DNA of 64,000 nucleotides from an uncultured delta proteobacterium (lineage in GTDB: Bacteria; Desulfobacterota; Binatia; UBA9968). The notes under the pieces were generated by a model. It made no database searches. It worked only from the letters and a program-made list of their open reading frames with translations, and had not been told where the DNA came from. This document shows positions 1 through 10,426 of the stretch, piece after piece; within the stretch, counting starts at the first letter, position 1, and each line of letters opens with the position of its first letter. Both the position numbers and the translations under genes were made by a program. The stretch is taken from positions 256,001 through 320,000 of the forward strand of contig CAVUZH010000016.1 in NCBI GenBank assembly GCA_963745835.1. The letters run 5' to 3'.

Positions 1-45
1 GGAATAAACACGACTCATGATTGACGGGCATCTTTAGAGTATGAG

Positions 46-417
46 TCAGAAGTCGGCTTTCGGTTCGCCGATCACCTTCTGAATTTCCGATAGCAACTCG
101 TTGGGCGAAAACGGCTTCCTCAGGAATGGGACGCCCAGTTCCGAGATGTCTGCACGATTATCGAAGTAGTAAGCCGTCATCAGGAGAATAGGCGTAGTTG
201 GGTCACTGGAGACAATGTGCGAGGCAAGGGTTAAACCATCCATACCCGGCATTCTAAGATCGGAAAGCACAAGATCGAATCGAGAGTGCCCCAACAGCTC
301 CATCGCTTCAACACCGTCTTTTGCCCCAGAGACTTCGTATCCTGCCTGATTCAGAAAGTGACTTACGAGTTTCAGGTTATCTTGTTCGTCCTCAACCACC
401 AGAATTTTCTTGGTCAT
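46..417 (-). CDS. Single-domain response regulator (REC)
   Basis: KKILVVEDE, phospho-Asp in LSDLRMPGMDG, C-terminal LRKPF. Confidence 0.9.
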   Translation of the reverse strand: MTKKILVVEDEQDNLKLVSHFLNQAGYEVSGAKDGVEAMELLGHSRFDLVLSDLRMPGMDGLTLASHIVSSDPTTPILLMTAYYFDNRADISELGVPFLRKPFSPNELLSEIQKVIGEPKADF

Positions 418-877
418 GGCCGAGCCCCAAAGAATCGTACGTAAGAGTTGAGGCCGTTCGGAAGCTCAGTAGAGAGATCGCGAGGCCAAGGCAGGCTCAA
501 GAACGGGAGATTGAACAAGAAACGCTTAGCAAGCTCCAAAAGGCGTGTCAATCATTGAGATGAAATTGACTCTGTTAAGCTGAGCCTTGCCGCTACTCAC
601 CGAATATCCCGCTTGATACGTAAACACAGTCGCGGACTCGGTGATTGTGGCTCATTGGAGTTCCGAGCCAAATCGCCACCACACGCCTACCCTGGGGCAG
701 TAAAGGTCTGAGATCGTCACGGCTACTGCCGAAACTCAGCTCACCGACGCTGCTCTTACTACAGCTAAGGAGGTAAAAAACGCTAGACGGATCCTGGAAA
801 AGTCTGCTATTGCGAGAAAAACTGTGAAAAATACCTATCTTGACGATTAGTCTGTGGGCGATAGGATTGGTCTATGT

Positions 878-3800
878 ATGAATGATCAGAGACGAAACCC
901 CAGAGTAGTCGGCATCGGCGCATCAGCGGGCGCAATGGATCCGCTCAAAGAATTCTTTACGGGAATCGGTACCGAAACCGGACTTGCCTTCGTGGTCGTA
1001 CAGCACCTCGATCCTAACCACATCAGCTACATGTCGGAAGTTTTGGCGCGCCAAACCGGCATGAAGGTTATCGAAGCAACCGATCGAGCGCCGCTCCAGG
1101 CCAATTTCGTTTATACCATCCCGCCCAATAAATATATTTCCTTAGACGATGGCGTGCTGCGGCTGAGCGAGCCGATCAAACGCGACGGCTTGAGACTGCC
1201 GATCGATTTTTTCTTTCGCTCTCTGGCTCATGACCGTGGCGTCGAGGCTATTGCCGTCCTGCTTTCAGGCGGCGGCTCGGATGGAACTCTCGGGATCAGA
1301 GAGATACGCGGCGCCGGCGGTCTGGTGATCGTACAGAATCCGGAGACCGCCGAGTTCGACTCGATGATCGAGAGCGCCATCGCCACCGGTCTTGTGGATT
1401 TTGTTCTGCCGGTTCAGGAAATTCCCGCCAAGCTGCTTCAGTATGTGCGCCAGGTTTCCGAAAACGATGGCGCCACACCGCAGACGATCAGCGCTGGCAT
1501 CGACGACATTCTCGAGCTCCTCGTCAATGAAACCAAGAGCGATTTCCGCTCTTACAAAAAGACTACCGTCCGGCGCCGCATCGAACGCCGCATGGGTGTC
1601 AATCGTATCCAGGACATATCCGGTTATCACACTTTTCTCAGGGATAATCCTGCGGAGCTGGCCAAGCTTGCCAAAGACATGCTGATCGGCGTGACCAGTT
1701 TCTTCCGCGACCTGGAGGCGTTTGCCGAGTTGCGCGAGAAAGTTATCAAGCCGCTGGTCCTGGAAAGTAACCGCTCAAGTCCTCTGCGCGCATGGATTCC
1801 CGGATGCGCCACCGGCGAGGAGGCTTATTCGATCGCGATCTTGGTGATGGAGGAAATGGCCGCCGCGAGGAAAAATCTGAGCCTGCAGATGTTCGCGTCC
1901 GACATCGACAGCGATGCCCTTAAATCTGCGCGCGAAGGGATTTATCCGCAAAGCATCGCCGCCGATGTAAACGAGGAGCGCCTGGCGCGGTTTTTTATCA
2001 AAAAGGACAGCATCTACCAGATCGAGCCGAGAATCCGCGAATGCGTCACCTTTGCCGAACACAACGCGATCCAAGATCCGCCGTTCCTGCGAATGGACTT
2101 GATCAGCTGTCGCAACTTGATGATCTACATAGAGCCGGAGGTCCAACAAAAAATTCTCAACCTCTTCGGCTTTGCTTTGAAACCGGACCGCTATTTGTTT
2201 TTAGGAAAAGCCGATACCAGCATCGAGCAAAGCGATCTTTTCGAGCCGGTCTCGCGAAGCTGGCGGATCTTTCAGCGGCGCCCGTCGGTGGCTGTTCCCT
2301 TCCGTAGCTTTCCTACTAGAACAGCGACCCATGCCATCAAATCGGAAGAGCAGCATCCGATCAAACTCGCCGACTTGAACCAGCAGGTGCTCCTGGATCA
2401 TTTCAATGCAAGCATGGTCCTGGTTAGGCAAACCGGCGAGATCCTCCATTTTTACGGCGCGACGCATAAGTATCTGTCGCACCCAGCCGGCGATGCCACG
2501 CTTAATCTTTTTAGCATGCTCGAAAAGCACCATGCCGTTGCGCTGCGCCTCGCCGTCGAGCGCGCCGAGCGCGAAGACGTAACCGTCACTTCGGAGCTTC
2601 GCGAGATTGCCCGCAACGATCCTGCCGAGATAGTTAAGATTACCGTCAAGCCGGTCAAAGATCCGATCTCGCGCAAGCGCCTGATCGCGGTCATCTTCCA
2701 GCCGGCCGAGCCGCAGCCTACGCCGGAGCCCGTCGCCCGGCAGGCAACCAAACCTCAGGATGGCGATATCGCCACCCAGCTGGAGGCCGAGAACAATCAG
2801 GTTGAAACAGGATCTTCAAACGGCCATCGAAACTTTTCAGGTGACGCATGAAGAATTCACCGCCGCCAACGAGGAAGTGCTGGCGATCAACGAGGAGTTA
2901 CAGTCGACAAATGAAGAGCTGGAAACATCCAAGGAAGAATTACAGTCGGTCAATGAGGAATTGATCACCGTCAATAACCAGCTCAACGATAAAGTCGAAG
3001 ATCTTAGCAAGGCCAATGATGATCTGGCGAATTTTTTAAACAGCTCGGATGTCGCGACGTTGTTTTTGGACCGGGGGTTTTGCATCCGCCGTTTCACGGT
3101 TTCGGCAACACGGCTGATGAACTTACTGAGCCTGGATGTCGGCCGTCCGATCAAGGATATCGCAAATCAGCTCGTCAACGTGAATCTGACCAGCGTGGCC
3201 GACGCCGTGCTCAAGAATTTGGCGACTTACGAACAGGAGGTCGCGGCCGCAAACGGGTCGTGGTACATGATGCGCTGCGTTCCGTATCGCACCCTGAACG
3301 ACGTCATCGACGGCGTGGTCTTCACGTTCACCGACGTGACCCGCCTGAAGCAATCGGAAGAAGCGATGCGTCGTGCCCGTGATTACACCGACAACATCAT
3401 TCAGACGGTTCCCGTTTCTCTGCTTGTGCTTGACGCCAAGCTCACAGTTGTCTGCGCCAATCAGGCTTTTTACCGGACCTTTGAAGTCGCGCGCGCAGAT
3501 ACCGAACATCGGCTCATCTATGAGCTGGGCAGCGGCCAATGGAATATTCCCAAACTGCGGGAGGTTTTAGACGATATCGCGAAGCGCGACTCGCACATCG
3601 ATAACTTCGAGGTGGAGCACGACTTTCCCGGCATCGGCCGCAAGATCATGTCTCTGAACGGCCGGAAACTCTCCAGCAATCACGGTGACGATAACAACTC
3701 GATACTGCTGGCCATCGAGGACATCACCGGACGCAGGCAAGCCGAAGAAGAGCGACTCTGGCTCGAAGGCGAGCTTCGCCAGGCGCAGAAGATGGAAAGC

Positions 3801-4509
3801 CTGGGCACACTGGCGGCGGGGATCGCGCACGACTTCAACAACATTTTAAATATCGTGCAGGGATACGCTTTCGTATTGCGCGATTCCAAGATCGCCGATG
3901 AACTGGTCAAAGAAAGTGTTTCGGCGATTCTTGACAGCACGACACGAGGCGCGACCATAGTCCAGCAGCTACTGACGCTAGCGCGCAAGACAGAGCCTAA
4001 GTTCGAGCTAGTAAACATTGATGCCCTGGTCGAGGAAGCTGGCGCAGTTGTTCGGCAAGTCCTCTCCGCAAACGATAGAAATCAAGCTCGAATTAAGCCG
4101 GCAGAGCCCGCCGGTCTTGGCCGATCGCAATCAGATTTTTCAAGCTCTGTTGAATCTCTGCCTGAACGCGCGCGACGCGATGGCGAGCGGCGGCACTCTG
4201 ACGTTGAAGACCTCGCTGGTCAATCGTAATGCCGTGCGTAATGCCGTGCCTAGCTCCGAGGAGGTCACGGCCGAACAGTATGTGCGCATCGACGTTAACG
4301 ATACCGGCGAGGGAATAGATGAAAAGGTCCTGGGTCGGATTTTTGAGCCTTTCTTCACCACCAAGGGCGCTGGCCGGGGAACCGGTTTGGGTCTAGCGGT
4401 CGTGTATGGGATTCTCAAGCACCACAAAGGTTCCATCCAGGTGACGAGTAAGCCCGGCGCGGGAACGTCTTTTCAAATTTATTTACCGGTTATGAGACCT
4501 AGTGATTGA
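878..4509 (+). CDS. CheB-CheR-coiled coil-PAS-histidine kinase fusion, about 1209 aa when two +1 frameshifts (about 2800 and 4034) are corrected
   Basis: CheB motifs (GASAG, QHLDP, SGGGSDG) and CheR motifs (IGVTSFFRD, GCATGEEAYS, DLISCRN) lie in ORF 854..2851. The NEELQSTNEELETSKEELQS coil, PAS and H-box GIAHDFNN lie in 2760..4229. N/G boxes ([22 protein letters not shown]) lie in 4018..4509. The domains continue across each frame change. Likely start ATG 878. Confidence 0.85.
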
Positions 4510-4936
4510 AGGATTGACCGGGATGCAACCTGGCGATAACCACTCGCGCACTATTCTTGTGGTGGAAGACGAACGTCTCATGCGCCGCTTGCTCGAGAGA
4601 ATTCTTTGCACGGATGATACGTCGGTGCTGCTGGCGGCTGATGGTCAGGAAGCGGTGGACATCTACCGCGATCACAAATGGGAGATCAGCGTCGTCTTAC
4701 TGGATCTCGGACTGCCCAAGCTCTCGGGTTGGGAAGTGTTCAAGAATTTGAAGCAGCAAAACCCCGATGTCTGCGTCATCGTCGCCAGCGGTTACCTCGA
4801 CCCCGACGTGAAGAGCCGGATGCATGAGGCCGGGGTCGAATACTTCATCGAGAAACCGTACAAGCTCAATGAATTGCTGGCGACGCTGCACGGGGTGATC
4901 AAGCACGGATGTGAGTGGCCTATAGCTAGACGCTAG
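4502..4936 (+). CDS. Response regulator receiver protein
   Basis: ILVVEDE, LLDLGLPKLSG, IEKPY. Overlaps the kinase stop codon. Confidence 0.88.
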   Translation: MIEGLTGMQPGDNHSRTILVVEDERLMRRLLERILCTDDTSVLLAADGQEAVDIYRDHKWEISVVLLDLGLPKLSGWEVFKNLKQQNPDVCVIVASGYLDPDVKSRMHEAGVEYFIEKPYKLNELLATLHGVIKHGCEWPIARR

Positions 4937-5070
4937 CGGAGTCTCTGCCGCTCCTGCTCAAACGGATTGTCTAAAAGCCCGGTACAACAGCCACCCTCGC
5001 CAATTGCCGTTTTTTTTGTTTAGCTGAATGTAGATGCCGCTAGTCATCGGCATCTTTCCAAGGAGAGTCT

Positions 5071-6070
5071 TTGCCGAATCGCGATATCATCGTCATGGGA
5101 GCTTCCGCCGGTGGGCTATCGGCATTTAACCGCATCATCAAGCACCTGCCGGAGCAGCTAAATGCGGCGGTTTTCATCGTCTGGCATGTCTCCCCCTTTT
5201 CGACGTCGATATTACCTGAGATTCTGAATCGAGCCGGCAAACTAAAGGCCAAGCATCCTGCCGACGGCGAGTCGATAGAGATGGGGAAGATCTATATAGC
5301 CCCGCCGGATCATCACCTGTTGCTCGAATCGGGTCGCATCCGCCTCACTAAAGGACCCAAAGAAAATCGCTTTCGCCCTGCGATCGACCCGCTGTTTAGG
5401 TCTGCTGCCTACGCTTACGGATCTCGTGTCGTCGGCGTTGTCCTTAGCGGCGCGCTTGACGACGGCACAGCCGGGCTCTGGGCCATCAAAGACCGCGGCG
5501 GCATCGCGGTGGTGCAAGATCCGGCCGAGGCGGAACAGTCGTCGATGCCGGCGAGCGCGCTGGCTAATGTCCAGGTCGATCACTGTGTACCGGTATCGGA
5601 GATTCCTCCGCTCTTAGTCGCACTCACTCAGCGAGCGGTCGAGGAAAGAAGGATTCCCGTGTCGAAGGATTTGGAGATTGAGACCAAGATAGCGTTGGGC
5701 GGGGATGCGGCGGATTTAGATGTAAAACAGCTTGGAGAAATCTCGGAATTCACCTGCCCGGATTGTCACGGATCGTTAATCCAGCTAAACAACGACAAAC
5801 TGCTGCGTTTCCGCTGTCACACGGGACACAGCTTTGGCGGCGCCAGCCTCGCTAGCTGAGCTAACTGATTCCGTCGAAGAGTCCGTCTGGACTGCCATTC
5901 GCGCCGTGGAAGAACGGATTAGACTGCTCAAGCACCTGGCGCAACACGCCAGCGATCTTGAGCAGACCGAGGCGATCAGCACGCTTGAGCGTGAGCTTCA
6001 AGAAAACGAGCGGCGGGCTGATTTGCTGCGCCAGGCGGCGATGCTCGATGGCAATAAGAATCTCTCCTAA
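5071..6070 (+). CDS. cheB: CheB-type methylesterase with C-terminal Cys/His-rich extension; +1 frameshift near 5850
   Basis: GASAGG, WHVSP, RFRPAIDPLFRSAA and LSGALDDG, followed by FTCPDCHG...RFRCHTGH. The tail (AELTDSVEESVWTAIRAVEE) continues in ORF 5834..6070. Confidence 0.8.
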
Positions 6071-6188
6071 CCGTTTCTGAATTCCTCAGCTCGCTGTCTT
6101 CTTCGGTAAGCGCTTCCAAAGTGCCGCTTCAACTTGACGTCTGAATCAAGTTTCGCATAACGTGCTTGCCATTATGGGAGCTTGCACG

Positions 6189-7181
6189 ATGAAAATTTTT
6201 AAGCTGCTCGTGGCGATCGTCAGTTTTGGCGTCCAGGCCACTGAAGCGTCTGCTCAGCTTACCAAAATTACCACTTCCTACGTCTCTGATTCGGCTGCCG
6301 TTCTGCCGCTGTGGATTGCCAAAGATACCGGTATTTTCGCGCGCAATGGGCTCGAGGTGCAGGCGGTTCGCGTTCACGCGTCGGTAGGGGTGATGGCGTT
6401 GTTGTCCGGCGAGCTTCAGTTTGTTCTCGCTTCGGGACCGGTAGTGGTCGAAAGCGCGCTGCGTGGCTCCAACGCAGTGTACGTTGCGTGCGGCATGTCG
6501 ACCTTGGACTTTGCGCTTGTGAGCCGTCCTGAAATAAAAAACGCGCTGCAACTCAAAGGCGCTACGGTAGGTCTTTCGGCGTTTAGGGGCGCCAATCCCA
6601 CCGCCACCCGCTTCGCCTTGCAGAAAATGGGAGTCGCGCAGAAAGACGTCTCGTTGATCGTGGTCGGCGGCACGACCGAAAGGATCGCCAGCCTTCGTGC
6701 CGGCAAAATCCAGGCGACGCTCTTTAGCCCGCCACAAAATTTTGCCGCGCAAGCTGAAGGATTCAACCTGCTCGCCGACGTCGCCGATCTGGGCCTACCC
6801 TTCGTCCATGTCGGAGTGGCGACCACCCGCGGTTTCGTTCGCGACAATCCGGAAACGTTGCGCCGTTATGTTAAGTCGCACATCGAAGCGATTCATTTGA
6901 TGAAGACGGATCGCGAAACCGGCATTAAAGTACTGGCCAAATACTTGCGATCAATAAAAGATCGCGAAATCTTGTCGAAAACCTATGACGGCGCCATTCC
7001 CGACAACAAGTTCACGCGTAAGCAATATCCGTCGATGCCGGGACTGCAAATGGCTTTGGACTTGTTAGCGGAAGAAAATCCGAAAGCCAAGAGCGCCAAG
7101 CCGGATGACTTTATCGACAGCCGGTTCGTCAAAGAGCTCGACAACAGCGGTTACATAGATGGACTGTACAAACGCAAGTAG
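6189..7181 (+). CDS. ABC transporter substrate-binding protein, NMT1/SsuA/THI5-like
   Basis: Signal peptide, PLWIAKDTGIFARNGLEV, C-terminal FIDSRFVKEL. GGGAG RBS precedes ATG 6189. Confidence 0.85.
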   Translation: MKIFKLLVAIVSFGVQATEASAQLTKITTSYVSDSAAVLPLWIAKDTGIFARNGLEVQAVRVHASVGVMALLSGELQFVLASGPVVVESALRGSNAVYVACGMSTLDFALVSRPEIKNALQLKGATVGLSAFRGANPTATRFALQKMGVAQKDVSLIVVGGTTERIASLRAGKIQATLFSPPQNFAAQAEGFNLLADVADLGLPFVHVGVATTRGFVRDNPETLRRYVKSHIEAIHLMKTDRETGIKVLAKYLRSIKDREILSKTYDGAIPDNKFTRKQYPSMPGLQMALDLLAEENPKAKSAKPDDFIDSRFVKELDNSGYIDGLYKRK

Positions 7182-7367
7182 CAGCGGATCGTATATGCTC
7201 CAATAGCTGTAAACGGTTCCACAAGCGACTCTACAGGCCAGGGTGCAACGGAAAACTACCTCATCGAGAAGAACAGATCCTCCGAGTCGTCATGGCGATG
7301 CTGAGACTAAAGATTCACTTGGCCAGCTCAGAACTACATCCTGATTAGGCGTTCGCCCAGATTAGAA

Positions 7368-8288
7368 ATGTTTCCGGTAGAACTGCCTGGCTATAGAAAA
7401 GATCGATACAAGGATTACACTTCTCTGCTTTTGGAGGCTTGTAGCTGGCTAGGAATAACACGGGGTCGCGCGCAAGATTACGTGCGCCTGCTAACCGAAT
7501 TTCATGAGCAACAGAAGCAGACACGTCAACATATCCTCGCATACAACGAGGCCTGTGAAGTCATCGATATTTACCGGTTCTGGCTGTCCAAAGTCGATCG
7601 CTTCCCGGGTCTTCGGACGAAAATTTCCAACGTGCTTCGTTCAGGGCCTGTGCTAATGGAAGAAGAACGAGCACAAAAATCGAACAATCGCGCACGAAAT
7701 GATTCTTTTGGCTACTATCTAGCAGGGATGCTTTTGGCGGCTGATGTACCAGTCATTGCGGTTGACAGCGTTCTCGAGCAAAGCCGATCGGGAATACAAA
7801 GCGCGGACATCACGCTTCTTTGGGGTACCGATCTGGTCGATATTGAGTGCAAAAGACCTCAACGTTGGCAGTCATTGGACGCACGCGTCAAAGAAGCAGG
7901 GAAGCAGATTGAAGCAAGAAACAGAACCGGAGTTATAGCTGTGGATTGCTCCGTTATGGTGAGACCACCTGGTGGAATGTTAAGAAGCCGTTCAATTGCC
8001 GACGCCAACAGTTTCATTGTTCAATCTCTAACGGCGAAGTGTTATCGGCCCCTAGCTAAACTCCGAAGCAAATCTTTGTTGGGATTCCTCCTGTTTGCCA
8101 GAATTCCCGTTATCACAAAGATTGCGAAATCGAGTGTGATAACTAGCGAGGGACAACCTCTGACGTATATTCAACGAGAAAGTCTTACGACCTACATATC
8201 GTTCAACAATAACGACTCCGATAAGCCTGGCTTGCTCCCGTCCATAGTTAGGCAATTTAAAACTTTAGTAGACTCAGGCTTACAGTAA
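7368..8288 (+). CDS. Hypothetical protein, possible PD-(D/E)xK nuclease-like domain
   Basis: 306-aa ORF, visibly more AT-rich than its neighbours. Motif ADITL...DIECKRP followed by GVIAVD. Confidence 0.6.
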   Translation: MFPVELPGYRKDRYKDYTSLLLEACSWLGITRGRAQDYVRLLTEFHEQQKQTRQHILAYNEACEVIDIYRFWLSKVDRFPGLRTKISNVLRSGPVLMEEERAQKSNNRARNDSFGYYLAGMLLAADVPVIAVDSVLEQSRSGIQSADITLLWGTDLVDIECKRPQRWQSLDARVKEAGKQIEARNRTGVIAVDCSVMVRPPGGMLRSRSIADANSFIVQSLTAKCYRPLAKLRSKSLLGFLLFARIPVITKIAKSSVITSEGQPLTYIQRESLTTYISFNNNDSDKPGLLPSIVRQFKTLVDSGLQ

Positions 8289-8340
8289 CTCATGCGCATT
8301 CGAAAAACTTCGATGTGCGACGTGGGAAGCTGATGTTTCA

Positions 8341-9336
8341 TTACCGTCCCGTAGCGAGCCCAAGCTCCTGATGCGCGCGACGCAAATAACTCATATCGAG
8401 GTACTTTTCCGGTCCGGGATAAGGACGCTGCTTGAAGAGGCGCTCGCCCATGAGATCGATCAAGCGCTGAAACCCTTCTCGATTGACCGAACCGTCCCGG
8501 CTGATAATTCCCTGTGAAAGATATTCATCGACGTTTTCGCGCGTGTACTTGAGAGGGATCCCGGTGCGCTGGGTTACGAGTTTTGCCGCCTCTTCTTTAT
8601 TGGCATGCGACCACTGCATCGCTCGAACCATGGCTTTGAGATAACGCACGGTGAGCTGGCTATTGGCTTCGGCCCATTTGCTATCGACGATCAGGCTATG
8701 AAACTGCAGATTGGGAATGTAATCATGCAGGCGCGCGATTTCGGTGAAGCCAAGCTCGCGAGCTCGCGGCAAATCGCCGCCGAGAACCATTGTCGCCGAG
8801 GTATTGCATCCCTTCAAGCTGGCCAGGCGCTGGGTCGTTGGTCCGCCCTGAATAATCGAGTAATCCTTGTTGATCTCCAGGCCTTCCTTCTTGAGCATCT
8901 CGCGTAGAAATATTGTGCTGCCCGAGACCAAGCTCACCACCCCGATACTGGTTCCTTTGAGCTCCTTGATGGATTTGTATTTGGGACAGCCAACCAGGGT
9001 GTAGGCGGCGATCGGCACGGTGCCGCCGATGATCTTTAACGATGCTCCCCGTTCCACCGCATTGATCGCCGGCGTCGGATCGACAATTGCAACATTTACT
9101 TGCCCGGCAATCAGAGCCTGGATCAAGGTATCTGTCGAGCCGATTAAAACGACATCGCCCTGAATCCCTTCTTGAGCAAAGAAGCCTTTGTCCGTGGCGG
9201 CATAGTTTGGCAGCTGCTCGACGGTGCGCGAGACGTTACCGATAATCACCCGGTCGGCAGCATCGGCGCTTTGGAGGCTTAAACCGGCAAGCGCCAATAA
9301 GAATCCGAGGAATCTCAGCGTTGATATCAAATTCAT
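8341..9336 (-). CDS. ABC transporter substrate-binding protein, NMT1/SsuA-like
   Basis: Signal peptide, LPNYAATDKGFFAQEGI, IKELKG, YLDMSYLRRA. Confidence 0.85.
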   Translation of the reverse strand: MNLISTLRFLGFLLALAGLSLQSADAADRVIIGNVSRTVEQLPNYAATDKGFFAQEGIQGDVVLIGSTDTLIQALIAGQVNVAIVDPTPAINAVERGASLKIIGGTVPIAAYTLVGCPKYKSIKELKGTSIGVVSLVSGSTIFLREMLKKEGLEINKDYSIIQGGPTTQRLASLKGCNTSATMVLGGDLPRARELGFTEIARLHDYIPNLQFHSLIVDSKWAEANSQLTVRYLKAMVRAMQWSHANKEEAAKLVTQRTGIPLKYTRENVDEYLSQGIISRDGSVNREGFQRLIDLMGERLFKQRPYPGPEKYLDMSYLRRAHQELGLATGR

Positions 9337-9351
9337 AACTGCCCTCCGGAA

Positions 9352-10221
9352 TTATGGCTTCTGATAGAAATTGGCGTAGAAATGATCCGCTATTTCGGCG
9401 CCAGTGGCTTTCCAAACACCCTCATGAGCGCAGATATATTCTAGCGCCTTATCGAGATACTTGGTCCGGAACGCCAGCCCGATCACAAAGGGATGCAACG
9501 GAATGGTCATGACCCTGGGCTGCGATGCGCCTTCGGCATACAAGGTATCGAACTGATCGCAGACCATTTGCAACCAATCTTTGGGCGTGTGACCGCCCTG
9601 AAAAATGACCCGAATATCGTTGAGTCCCTGCTGGTAAGGAATGCCGATCATGCGCCCCGATTTTACGCGCATCGGCACCGGCTGATCGTCACAACCCCAA
9701 TCGCAAACGTAGTCGAACCCTTCGGCCGCCAGATGGTCCAGAGTATGCGGACTCTCGTCGCCCCCACCCGGGCCTAACCAGCCGCGCGGCGCTTTTCCAG
9801 TTGAACCGGCAATGGTTTCCTTGATCTGCCGAATCACCGCGCGCTCCTCCTCGGCCGGGTATTGGTTCATCCGGATGTTGTTGGTAACACCGTGGCCGAG
9901 CCACTCCCAGCCGCGTTTGTTACCCTCCTCGATGATTGCCGGATGATGGGCGCAAACATCAGAGTTCAACAGCACCGTAGCGCGGATACCGTGCTTGTCC
10001 AGGACTTCCATCATGCGAAACACACCGATGCGCGAACCGTAATCCCGCAACGCATAACCGGTGACGTCCGGCAACTGAGAGCTGGAAGCGCCGGGAATAA
10101 CTTTGTCGACGTGAAAGAACTCGATGTTGGGCGCGATCATCAGCGCGACTCTGGCTTTATTCGGCCAGTGAATCGGCGCGCGACGGATAATCGGCGAATA
10201 GTCATACCGGTCGGTTTGCAT
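9352..10221 (-). CDS. Polysaccharide deacetylase-family hydrolase (PuuE/allantoinase-like subgroup)
   Basis: WPNKARVA, DYGSRIGVFR, WEWLGHG, PRGWLGPG, IPLHPF. Confidence 0.85.
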   Translation of the reverse strand: MQTDRYDYSPIIRRAPIHWPNKARVALMIAPNIEFFHVDKVIPGASSSQLPDVTGYALRDYGSRIGVFRMMEVLDKHGIRATVLLNSDVCAHHPAIIEEGNKRGWEWLGHGVTNNIRMNQYPAEEERAVIRQIKETIAGSTGKAPRGWLGPGGGDESPHTLDHLAAEGFDYVCDWGCDDQPVPMRVKSGRMIGIPYQQGLNDIRVIFQGGHTPKDWLQMVCDQFDTLYAEGASQPRVMTIPLHPFVIGLAFRTKYLDKALEYICAHEGVWKATGAEIADHFYANFYQKP

Positions 10222-10426
10222 TTAGAACTCCTTTAGCTTGGTCCGAATGTTACCTATGACAGGGGAGTCTTTAGGTCAAGATTTTTTCTATGAGGATGGT
10301 GCCCGCCGCGCGGCGATCCACTGGAACATGATTGGGGGCCCGGCCGCTTTTGTTTTTCCTGCCGGCTGTTAGACTCCTCACAGGCATCACACACCGCCCG
10401 AATCTTTCCCAAAAAGGAGATAAGCG

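Noticed and set aside
690-741. Hammerhead ribozyme (hairpin followed by GAAAC)
   Set aside because: No CUGANGA core precedes the stem.
5857-5859. Selenocysteine or stop-codon readthrough at the TGA of cheB
   Set aside because: The continuation is in the +1 frame, not in frame.
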